The position numbers and the translations under genes were made by a program. The notes beneath the pieces were generated by a model. That model was given only the letters and a program-made list of their open reading frames with translations. It was not told the origin of the DNA and made no database searches. From the NCBI GenBank assembly GCA_965213675.1, contig OZ243916.1:288001-352000 (forward strand): a stretch of 64,000 nt of DNA. Reading direction: 5' to 3'. This document shows, piece after piece, positions 19,781 to 28,396 of this stretch. Position 1 is the stretch's first letter, and each line of letters starts with the position of its first letter. The stretch is from an uncultured Candidatus Binatia bacterium. GTDB taxonomy: Bacteria; Desulfobacterota; Binatia; UBA9968; JAJDTQ01.

Positions 19781-21022
19781 TCACCCCTCTCCCACCGCCG
19801 CTTGCCGGGTTCGGCTCGCCTCCGCGGCCGCGTGGGCCTTCTGGAAATCGGCCTCGTCGAAGTTGTAGAGGCCGGCCCCGCCCATGAAGATGGCGCCGGC
19901 GATTTCCCGTGACACGTTGTTGAGCAGGTTCGTGGAGACGTTGGGGAAGTTCGAATCGAAGTGCGGGTAGTCGGTGGAGATGCACATCCGGTCCGCGCCG
20001 ATGAGCTCCGCGGTTCCGGCGATCTCCGGCTCGCTGCCTTCCACCGCGGCCCAGCAGTTGCGCTGGAAGTATTCCCGTGGCGTCAGCGACAGGTACGGGG
20101 CGTGGGAGTCGCGGTAGTTGGCGTAGTCCCATTCGATGCGCGTCAGGATGCCGGGCACCCAGGAGTTCTGCGCTTCGAGGTAGCCCACGCGCAGCTTGGG
20201 ATGGAACTCGAACACGCCGCCGATGATCATGGCGATGAGCGCCTGCTGCATCTCGATCCAGTGACTGGCCACGTGGCGGTAGAAGCGGTTCTCGCCGTAG
20301 AGCGCGTTCATGTGGGAGTTCCACGCGCCCGTGCCCTCATGGAAACACCAGGACACGTTTAGCTCCTCGTGCAGGCTGTAAAGCGGTTCCCAGTAGTTGG
20401 AGTGCCAGAAGTGGCCGTTGACCATGTTGGGCCGGATGAACGAAGCCACGGCGCCGAGTTCCTGCACCGCCCGCTTGAGTTCGCGGCACGCGAGGTTCAC
20501 GTCATGCAACGGCAGCATGGCGGCGAACTTCATGCGCTCGGGACAGTGCTGGCAGAAGTCGTGGATCCAGTCGTTGTAGGCGCGGCTGAGGGCGTGGGAG
20601 AGGTGCGGATCCATGTGGTCCCGGGCCAGCAGGCCCAGCCCGCCGGTGGGGAAGAGGACAGCGATGTCGATGCCTTCCATCTCCATGCCCATGATCTGGG
20701 CTTCCTCGTCGTAGCCCCGCTCGATGGCGAAGTCCATGCGCCCGGTGTCCGCCAGGCGCGAGGCCGACAAGACCCCGGTGGCGGCGCCGATGACCGGCCC
20801 CGTCGCCTTGGACGAAGCGGCCCTCTTGCGATGCTGTTGCAGTTCCGAATCCGCCCCCGTGGCGAGACCGTCGATGGTCCAGGTGCGCCGGCTGACCTTC
20901 CCCTTGGCGTCCACCGCCCAGGTCACGCGGTGCTGGAACTCAGGGTCCAGGTACTTCTCCAGCAGGTTCCCGGGCTCCTGAATGTGCATGTCGCTGTCCA
21001 CGAAACGCAGGCCGTCCTTCAT
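19781..21022 (-). CDS. Amidohydrolase-2 family protein
   Basis: DSDMHIQEP, YNDW, CFHEG, YLEAQNSW, STDYPHFD. AGGAGG RBS. Confidence 0.88.
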   Translation of the reverse strand: MKDGLRFVDSDMHIQEPGNLLEKYLDPEFQHRVTWAVDAKGKVSRRTWTIDGLATGADSELQQHRKRAASSKATGPVIGAATGVLSASRLADTGRMDFAIERGYDEEAQIMGMEMEGIDIAVLFPTGGLGLLARDHMDPHLSHALSRAYNDWIHDFCQHCPERMKFAAMLPLHDVNLACRELKRAVQELGAVASFIRPNMVNGHFWHSNYWEPLYSLHEELNVSWCFHEGTGAWNSHMNALYGENRFYRHVASHWIEMQQALIAMIIGGVFEFHPKLRVGYLEAQNSWVPGILTRIEWDYANYRDSHAPYLSLTPREYFQRNCWAAVEGSEPEIAGTAELIGADRMCISTDYPHFDSNFPNVSTNLLNNVSREIAGAIFMGGAGLYNFDEADFQKAHAAAEASRTRQAAVGEG

Positions 21023-21420
21023 GATCGTTCCTCCTGTGACCGCGGCCCGTGAGCGGGCCGGTCCCGTGGCGTCGATTCGCCGGTCCGATGCGTTGAATCC
21101 AACACGGTCCAACACGAACTGAGCCGACCCTATCGCAAGTGGTCGGACAGGGTCAATGAGCGCTGGCGCGCCGATGCGGGGGCGGCTGTCCGTAAAGGTG
21201 CGGCCCGCGGTCGCCCGGGATTTTCCCGCGCGTGTCGGACCCTTGAGGTTCCATGATTCGACTTCGCTGTTCCAGAACTCCGGATGGCGGGACTCTTGGA
21301 CAATGCCGCCGTTCTGTGACAGATTGATACTGATCGATTGAGAATAGGCCCGCGGCCGCCGTCTGGCGATTCCGTACGCCCGGCGCCCTACCGGTTCAAC
21401 ATTCCCACAGGAGAACCTCC

Positions 21421-22350
21421 ATGCGACCCACGCTCCAGCTTGCCCATCGCACGCGCGCTCCGATCAAGCGTCTGCTTGCCGTCGGGTGCGTGGCGCTCGC
21501 GGCCGCCGGCTGCGCCACGAGCGCGGACACGGCCCGTCTCCATCTGGTGGCCGATGCGGGCCTCGCGTACACCGCCAAGGCGCCGCGTCTCCTGGACCGG
21601 GCGTTCGAGTTGGCCGCGGCGGTGGATTCCCACGCCTTGTCGGGCGCGCGCGGCGGGCTATCCGGGGAACAGCGGCGGGACGCGCTGGAACGGTTCGACG
21701 CCGCCATGACGGAACGCCGGAAGGCCTACGACGCCGCCACGCGCCACAATGCCTTGCTGCGGTCGTACTTCGCGGCCCTGCGGACGCTGCTCAAGGCCGA
21801 TGCGCCCCAGGAAAGCGGCGCCGCCGCCAAACGGTTGGCCGCGGACCTGGGCAAACTGGCGCCGCGACTCAAGCAGGCGCGTATGGGAGACGTTTCCGTG
21901 GGCGCGTTGATCGAACCCGCCGCGACCCTCGCGGTGGCGTCTTTCCGTTCCGCCGCCCTGCGGCGCGAGTTGCAAGCGCGCGCCGCCGTCATCGAGCGTG
22001 AGCTGGCCCTTCAGGAAGCTCTGGTGGCGGCGCTGGCGCGGCAGGTGCGCGCGGACCAGGAGTTGCTGTCCGAGGTCTTCCGCAACGATGAGGTGCTGGC
22101 GCCCTACGTGAGCGCGAAGCGGTTGCCCAAGACCTGGCCGTCGCGGCGGTTGAAGAGCCTGCGCGCGCCCACCGACGTGGCCGCGGCGCAGGCCGCCGCA
22201 CGGGCCGTCCGCGCACTGCGGAAGGCCTACGTCGCGGCCGTCGAAGCGCGCCTCGACGCTGGCCGGGCCGCCGAACTCGCCACCACCGTCGAGGGCTTTG
22301 TCGAGCTCGTGTCGCGCCTCGGCGCCGAGGCAGGGAGGGCCGTCCGATGA
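21421..22350 (+). CDS. Uncharacterised alanine-rich helical lipoprotein
   Basis: Lipobox-like LAAAGC after a basic/hydrophobic leader, GC-rich codon usage, AGGAG RBS. Confidence 0.7.
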   Translation: MRPTLQLAHRTRAPIKRLLAVGCVALAAAGCATSADTARLHLVADAGLAYTAKAPRLLDRAFELAAAVDSHALSGARGGLSGEQRRDALERFDAAMTERRKAYDAATRHNALLRSYFAALRTLLKADAPQESGAAAKRLAADLGKLAPRLKQARMGDVSVGALIEPAATLAVASFRSAALRRELQARAAVIERELALQEALVAALARQVRADQELLSEVFRNDEVLAPYVSAKRLPKTWPSRRLKSLRAPTDVAAAQAAARAVRALRKAYVAAVEARLDAGRAAELATTVEGFVELVSRLGAEAGRAVR

Positions 22351-22682
22351 CCCCGACGGAAATCCGTGGAAAGACGCTGTCCGAGTTGCGCAAGGCGCGG
22401 AAGGACATGATGTCCGCCGAATGGCTCGCCGCGGTCGAGGACTTCCCGGAAGCCGACCGCACCGCCGCCGCCCTGGCGCTGCTGGACGTCTGCCTGGCCG
22501 TTCGCCGGCTGGAGAACACACGCGTCGCGTCCATCCGCCAGAAACTCGCCGACAATGGAACGGACCTCGAACGCGGTGTCCAGGCACTTGAACGGGCGAG
22601 CAAGAGGCTCCGCCGCACGGAAGCCTACCTCAAGGCCGTCGCCTTGCTGGTTTCCACGTTGGCCAAGGTGCTCAAGCCGTAA
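22347..22682 (+). CDS. Small uncharacterised coiled-coil protein
   Basis: ATGA overlap with the lipoprotein stop, GGGAGG RBS, amphipathic C-terminal helix. Confidence 0.7.
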   Translation: MTPTEIRGKTLSELRKARKDMMSAEWLAAVEDFPEADRTAAALALLDVCLAVRRLENTRVASIRQKLADNGTDLERGVQALERASKRLRRTEAYLKAVALLVSTLAKVLKP

Positions 22683-22835
22683 TCGCAGGGGCGGGCGGCA
22701 ACCACCTGCGACGTTGGAATCGTGTCTCCCAGGAGTCTGCCGTGATCGTGGCCGATTCCGACCGACCGGACTATGCTTGCCGCGTAGTCGGTTCCAGTGA
22801 CGCGACACGTTGTCCCATTCGCGATGCCAGCGGCC

Positions 22836-23927
22836 CTACACGTGGATCCAGCGTTCCTCCTCCGCGGCGCGCAGGGCGGCGTCGAGCACGCGCTGGGCGG
22901 CGAGGCCGTCGGCGAAGCTGGGTGAGCCGGGGCTGCCGTTGCGGATGGCGTCAACGAAGTCACGGGTGAGCTTGGCGAAGATGAACTCGCCTTGGGCGCG
23001 CTGGGGGTCGGAGTCGTCGAGTCCGCGGGTGTAGCGTTCGGGAATGTCCAGCGGTTCGGGGGAGCGCGTGTCGCCCCGGGCGCCCCATAGGTGGCCGCGC
23101 ACCCAGCCCCGGACGTTGCGGTCGAAGGCGAAGCGCAGCATGCCGGCGTCGCCGTAGATTTCGAGGTTCTGGTAGTTGCTCTTGCGCGCCACCGCGCTCA
23201 GGCGGATGCACGCCGTGGCGCCGCCCGACAGGCGCCCGAGGAGCGTGAAGCTGTCTTCCACCGTCACCGGCCGCAGTGTGCCGTCCCCGTCCGGCAACTC
23301 CGGGATGAAGGTGTCGGCTTGGCCCAAGACGCTTTCAAATTCGCCGATGAGCCAGCGCAGCCGGTCCACCATGTGTACGCCGATGTCCCCCATGACACCG
23401 AAGCCGGCCAGCTCCCGCTGGTGGCGCCAGTAGTGGGTCAGGCCGGGCGTGGCGCGGTTCTCGCTGAACCAGCGGGCCTCCACTTGGTGCACGCGCGCGC
23501 CCACGTAGCCGTCGTCCAGCAGTTCCTTCATGCAGGCCAGGGCCGGAATGTGGCGGTGGTTGAAGGCGGTCATGTGTACGCGCCCGGCGGCCTCCGCCTG
23601 AGCCAGCATGGTCTCGGCCTGGGCGGCGTTCAGTGCCAGGGGCTTTTCGCACAGCAGATGCAGTCCGTGTTGGACGGCAGCGGCGACCATTTCTGCGTGG
23701 AGGTGCGGCGGCGCGACGATGCTCACGGCGTCGAGACCGGGGTGGGCCAGCAACTCCCGGTACTCGGAGTATACCTGGGGTATGCCGTATGCCTTGGCGG
23801 TGGCTTGCGCCTTGTCGCGCGTCCGTTGGCAGAACGCCACAACTTCCGCGTTGTCGGTCGCGCCGAAGCCTTGCAGGTGCTGGATGCCGAAGCCCCCGCC
23901 AATGACCCCTATCTTCACCACTGTCAT
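22836..23927 (-). CDS. Gfo/Idh/MocA family oxidoreductase
   Basis: GVIGGG, LCEKPLA, AFNHR, DIGVH. Confidence 0.9.
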   Translation of the reverse strand: MTVVKIGVIGGGFGIQHLQGFGATDNAEVVAFCQRTRDKAQATAKAYGIPQVYSEYRELLAHPGLDAVSIVAPPHLHAEMVAAAVQHGLHLLCEKPLALNAAQAETMLAQAEAAGRVHMTAFNHRHIPALACMKELLDDGYVGARVHQVEARWFSENRATPGLTHYWRHQRELAGFGVMGDIGVHMVDRLRWLIGEFESVLGQADTFIPELPDGDGTLRPVTVEDSFTLLGRLSGGATACIRLSAVARKSNYQNLEIYGDAGMLRFAFDRNVRGWVRGHLWGARGDTRSPEPLDIPERYTRGLDDSDPQRAQGEFIFAKLTRDFVDAIRNGSPGSPSFADGLAAQRVLDAALRAAEEERWIHV

Positions 23928-24147
23928 GTACTTTCTCCCTCAGGTGGTTTCATTTGGATCAATGCTGTCCCATGGAAATACGAACAAGGAAAAACCTGAC
24001 GCACTCACCTGTGTCGAGATGGAAGCAGCAAACCCCATCAACAGTGAGGTTCAGGTCCATGGTGAACTGTCATACCGCATTGGGGCAGATACTCAACCCC
24101 AGTGTTGCAAACGTGTCGTGGAGAGCGATTCGGAAGACGGCCTACAA

Positions 24148-24525
24148 AGCATCCTTCCGGCGAAGGGAAGCACCATCCCCGCGAAAGCAGGCATCATACC
24201 CGCAGAAGGAAACGTCTTTCCGGCGAAAGGAAGCGTCATACCCGCGGAAGGAAGCATTATTCCCACGAAAGGAAGCATCATTCCCGCAGAAGGAAGCATC
24301 ATTCCTGCGAAAGGAAGCATCATTCTCGCGGAAGGAAGCGTCATACCCGCGAAAGGAGGCATCATTCCCGCGAAAGGAGGCATCATTCCCGCGAAAGGAG
24401 GCATCATTCCTGCGAAAGGAAGCGTCATTCTCGCGGAAGGACACGTCATTCCCACGGAAGGAAACGTCATTCCCGCGAATGGAAGTGCCATTCCGGCAGA
24501 AGGAAGAGTCATTCCCGCGAAAGCG
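24148..24525. repeat. Tandem array of 18 degenerate 21-bp units derived from a REP half-site
   Basis: Consensus about AGCATCATTCCCGCGAAAGGA. The last unit runs into an intact palindrome. Confidence 0.9.
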
Positions 24526-24602
24526 GGAATCCAGGCGGGGCGTGGGCGGGGACACCGGCCAGTGGGTCCCTCTCTCTGGATTCCCGCTTCCGCGGGAATG
24601 AC
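24508..24602. repeat. REP/dRS3-like inverted pair (ATTCCC-N8-GGGAAT)
   Basis: GTCATTCCCGCGAAAGCGGGAATCCAG ... CTGGATTCCCGCTTCCGCGGGAATGAC. Confidence 0.85.
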
Positions 24603-24873
24603 GTCTCGTAATATTTCCGATAACCCTACTCTGCCGCTCAACCTCACCTACAGTGACATTCCCCAACAACCCTCTCCTTGAAATCCCGTCCCACGTGCCT
24701 CCCGATCCCCTCCTTGCTTCCAGCTTTCGCAGCATTGGGGTCAAGATGGTGCCGAGACATGAATTCGCGAAGCGCGGGCGCACCTACGCGGACGCACCGA
24801 GCGGGGCAGCGGTTGCGGAAAATGACGCGGTTGGGGCGGCTTCTGGCGATCCGATCCCTGGCGGCAGCCTCGG

Positions 24874-25090
24874 TTACCCGAGCCAAGCAGTTCGGTTCAA
24901 CTGAAGCGCACCCATTCGAGCGGAGACGGCTTCCGGTTGCTGAATTTGCGCGGGCATCGTTTCGTGCGGTTGATCCTCGCGTCGGTCGCAACCGGCCAGG
25001 ACGGACAGAAGGATGATGAGAATGAGAGGGAGGATGAGCGGCCGGCCATCGAATTGATTCTGTGCTGTCTCGTATAGGCCGTCGAATATG
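24874..25090 (-). pseudogene. Truncated paralogue of the N-terminus of the lipoprotein at 29978-31570
   Basis: LILIILLSVLAGCDRREDQPHETMPAQIQQPEAVSARMGAL aligns with ILVLLLLAGLVGCDQRDESPNESTLANPQQPGTQSAQLDSL, then stops. The 5' boundary is approximate. Confidence 0.65.
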
Positions 25091-25276
25091 TGCAGGCGGT
25101 CTCCCCGTGGCGCCGTTGTCGAGTTCCTGAAGGAGGCTCTCCGGTGCGAACTCCACGGCGTGTCACGCGGCGAGGAACGCTGAACGTGAATCTGCATGTT
25201 GGCATCATGGTCGGGGCGCTTGTGTCGCCGCTGCACGGAGCCCTCAGGGCCTGGCAGCGATGTCGCGCGTCAGGAG

Positions 25277-26671
25277 TCAGTGCGGGCCCGCTCCGTTGGC
25301 GGCTTCAAGGCCATAGTGCCGATATACGGCCTCATCCACGTGGCGGCGCTGGTCGACATCGAATTCCCTGTAGTACCATCCCAAGAAATAATCAGCGCCA
25401 AGCTGAAACGGTATCGCTATGAAGACGCCGATCTTGGCGCCGGCCCAAGCTCCCGCTCCCGCAGCCACGCCGCCGGCCGGAAAAGCAGCGATTCCGCCAA
25501 CGATGGCGCCGACGGTGGTAGCCCCGGCTAAGATGGCCGTCGGAGTGGCGCGACGGAATAGATCACGCTGACTGATGCGGCCCAGGTTGTACTCATGATA
25601 CGCGGTAACCAACCGAAGTCCCTCTACCGCGAACGTGACAGGCAGCAACGCGGCGTTGGCGGCCGGGACCAGTACCCTGCTTGCGGCCAGATTGAAAGTC
25701 GTCAATCGAGCGGCCGAACTCGCGCCCAAGGCTGTTGCCTGGCCGATCCTTCCGATGGCGACGCCTGTCTGCATGTGGGGCAGAAGACTCCCTTGCAGGG
25801 TAGGATCGTTGAACATTCCCCGGGCGACCCCGGCCTGCTGGAATGCATCCCACACCAGTCCGGCTGCCCCCGCAACGCCGAGGATTGCCACGCCCTGTGT
25901 GCCTCTGAATTTCAGCATTGCGGCGGACTGGGCCCTACGGGCTTCCCGGAAGACTTGTCGAGCGCCGACACTCTCCCGGGTCATCGCTCGTTCGATCGCG
26001 CGCGCCTGCCCCGTCACGTTGGTGCGATTCCACCGACCCTCAAGCCTAGGCTCACCGGGCCGGCCCATCGTGTGAGGGGTCCTTACGACGCCCGTGACAA
26101 GGCGATTCTTCTGCGCGGCCACGATTACCCGGGCCGACTCGACCCGGGCTTGTCTGGTTGCGTTGGGCGACATGATGACCCTTCGAGCAGACCAGATCGT
26201 ATTTGGGTTCGTGCCTTGTGAAGAACCGTAGGTGATAGTGGGCCTGGAGTTGCCTCCTTTCGCTTCGATCACACGGACGACACCCGTCCGGCGGTCCCAA
26301 TACACGGAGTCCGGTCCCTGGCGGATGCCGCGGTTTCTGGAGCCGAGCAACTGGCTCCAACCGCGTTCCGTAGCAAATCGGGCCCGACCCTGTTCCCCTA
26401 TTCGTTCCGCTAGACGGGCTCGATCATAGAAAAGCGCACCACCATATTCGCGTCGATAGTCGCGCTGAAAATAGTATTTGGGCTCAGCTCCCACAGTCGG
26501 AAAGAGCTTTTGTGCCGTGTCCGGCGTAGCCAACAGCCAAAGCCGCGCCGCCTGCTCCCGTGGTGTCAAGGGCAGGCTCAAGGTTGAGGCGCCGGAACGA
26601 GTCGGTACTGCACTGAAAACCGTCGTGGCCAACACGAACACGGTTACGGCGATTAACTGATGGATTCTCAC
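25277..26671 (-). CDS. Uncharacterised exported/membrane protein with PD-(D/E)XK-like motif and C-terminal hydrophobic Gly/Ala-rich helices
   Basis: Signal-like N-terminus, GEQG...QGPDSVYWD...VIEAKGG, several hydrophobic segments with GxxxG. GGAGG RBS before the GTG. Confidence 0.7.
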   Translation of the reverse strand: MRIHQLIAVTVFVLATTVFSAVPTRSGASTLSLPLTPREQAARLWLLATPDTAQKLFPTVGAEPKYYFQRDYRREYGGALFYDRARLAERIGEQGRARFATERGWSQLLGSRNRGIRQGPDSVYWDRRTGVVRVIEAKGGNSRPTITYGSSQGTNPNTIWSARRVIMSPNATRQARVESARVIVAAQKNRLVTGVVRTPHTMGRPGEPRLEGRWNRTNVTGQARAIERAMTRESVGARQVFREARRAQSAAMLKFRGTQGVAILGVAGAAGLVWDAFQQAGVARGMFNDPTLQGSLLPHMQTGVAIGRIGQATALGASSAARLTTFNLAASRVLVPAANAALLPVTFAVEGLRLVTAYHEYNLGRISQRDLFRRATPTAILAGATTVGAIVGGIAAFPAGGVAAGAGAWAGAKIGVFIAIPFQLGADYFLGWYYREFDVDQRRHVDEAVYRHYGLEAANGAGPH

Positions 26672-26771
26672 GATCCGTCCTCCGGAAATTCCTGCGATGG
26701 GTTCATTTCGGCCTTCGAATCACCGCCGACTGCCTCCGCAACCCTGTCAACGATAGGCTCCGCCTCGACAT

Positions 26772-28385
26772 TCAGTTGGCGGTCTGTACGGGTTGAAGGG
26801 AAGCAATCGCCCGTTTCCCCAGACGCCACAGGAGAGCACCATTCACGGCTCCTTCCGCTACTCTGGGGAGCACGCGGCCGACCAGGTCTCCCACGATTCC
26901 GCTCGTTTCGCTCCACAACGTGTCCATGATCGCTTCGGTGCCTTGCTGCGCCAAGCCAGCAAAATAAGTCTGCTGTATGGAACGTGCTAAGATCGCGGCC
27001 GTCTGCCCGACGGCGGGGCGCAGTCCGTAGAGGAACGTTAGTTCCTCGATCATCGCCGCGCATGCGTACAGCACGGCACCGTTGTCGAGCACTGCCAACC
27101 GGGAAACGGCGGTTCCCGCCGCCACACGCGTTGCCCAGTGTTTGATGCGACGTTCCGCCGCGCGATCCAGGATCGACTGGAATTGGCTGCGGAACTCCGA
27201 AAGCCACGCGTCCGACGGCTTGGATTCGTCGTTCGCCAAGAGCGACCGCCGCTCGAGTACAAGGCTATCCCACTCGCCGTCGGTCAAGCCGAGGCCCTTC
27301 AAACGCCTGCAAGCCTCGTCGTTGAGTTGGTAGTTTTCAAGGTAATTTCGCAATTTGTGAATTGCCTGTTCTGCATGTTCCTCAACCAGAGCCTGCATGT
27401 GCCGGCGCTCTTGAAGGGCCTGGATCGCGCGTAGGTTGACAGATGGACTGCGCTGCAAACGGAACAGCGCGACGGCGAGTCGTAGTATCATCCAAGTCAG
27501 AATCCCGGCGAAGAGAAGGGCCAAAAAGCCCATGATCCAGTTGAACGGCACCGGCAGGGTCGCGATGCTGGAAATGGCCGCCGTAACCTGAGACACGACG
27601 AAGAGTCCGAGCACGGCCGCCAAGGCAAGCCCGCCCCAAGTCAGGGCGCGACGGATGCCGGAGGGCAGCGCGAAAGCCGCGGGCTGTTGCAGCTCTTTCT
27701 CGAACTGTCGCCGCAACGCCTGGTCCTCCACGCACCTGGCCTCTTCGATCTCCTGTTCGCTCAAGACTCGGGCACCGTCCATCCGGGATCGGGGCGTTCC
27801 CAAGCCATGGTCACCCTGCCTCAGTTCCGGAAAGTCTGTGGTCGTGGCCTCGGCATCCAGGTTTGCGACTTGCTGCACTTCCGTGCCGTAGCTCTGTTGT
27901 GACTCCTGTTCGCTCAAGACTCGGGCACCGTCCATCCGGGATCGGGGTGTTCCCAACCCATGGTCACCCTGCCTCAGTTCCAGAGAGTCGATGGTCGTGC
28001 CCTCGGCACCCAATTTTGCGAGTTGCTGTGGTTGTGTGTCGGAACTCTGCCGTGACTCCTCGTCGACCAGGCGAGGCGTGCTTTCGATTTCTTGAGCACT
28101 CAGCACTGAGGAGGGTTCCTTCGGAGATGGAAGCGTTTCCGACCGGTGGTCACCTGCCGCCGGTTCCGGCGCCTCTGTAGTCGTGGTGTTGGGTTCCACG
28201 GTTGCGAATGGTTGCGGTTCCGTGTCGGACTGCTGCCGCGACTCCTCCGGTTCCGGTCGCTGCGTTTCCTCGATCTCCTGATTGCTCAGCACTCTGGCGC
28301 CGTCCATCCGGGATCGGGGTGTCCCCAACCCGTAGTCGCCCTGCCTTGATCCCGGTGTATCCTTGTTCGTTGTCTTGGTATCCAT
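26772..28385 (-). CDS. YcjF/DUF697-family membrane protein with repeated N-terminal extension
   Basis: Two TM helices, TAVSRLAVLD, LYGLRP, AEGAVNGALLWRLG. Directly downstream of the YcjX-like gene. Confidence 0.78.
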   Translation of the reverse strand: MDTKTTNKDTPGSRQGDYGLGTPRSRMDGARVLSNQEIEETQRPEPEESRQQSDTEPQPFATVEPNTTTTEAPEPAAGDHRSETLPSPKEPSSVLSAQEIESTPRLVDEESRQSSDTQPQQLAKLGAEGTTIDSLELRQGDHGLGTPRSRMDGARVLSEQESQQSYGTEVQQVANLDAEATTTDFPELRQGDHGLGTPRSRMDGARVLSEQEIEEARCVEDQALRRQFEKELQQPAAFALPSGIRRALTWGGLALAAVLGLFVVSQVTAAISSIATLPVPFNWIMGFLALLFAGILTWMILRLAVALFRLQRSPSVNLRAIQALQERRHMQALVEEHAEQAIHKLRNYLENYQLNDEACRRLKGLGLTDGEWDSLVLERRSLLANDESKPSDAWLSEFRSQFQSILDRAAERRIKHWATRVAAGTAVSRLAVLDNGAVLYACAAMIEELTFLYGLRPAVGQTAAILARSIQQTYFAGLAQQGTEAIMDTLWSETSGIVGDLVGRVLPRVAEGAVNGALLWRLGKRAIASLQPVQTAN

Positions 28386-28396
28386 GGCAGCCCTCC

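Noticed and set aside
24148-24525. CRISPR array
   Set aside because: Units are contiguous 21-mers with no unique spacers, and there are no cas genes in the window.
23608-24783. Repeat-protein ORFs (IPAKG, RKEASFP, MMPPFAG, HHSRER frames)
   Set aside because: Several frames are open simply because the 21-bp unit lacks stops. The unit derives from a palindromic DNA repeat, and the longest ORF overlaps a real gene on the other strand.
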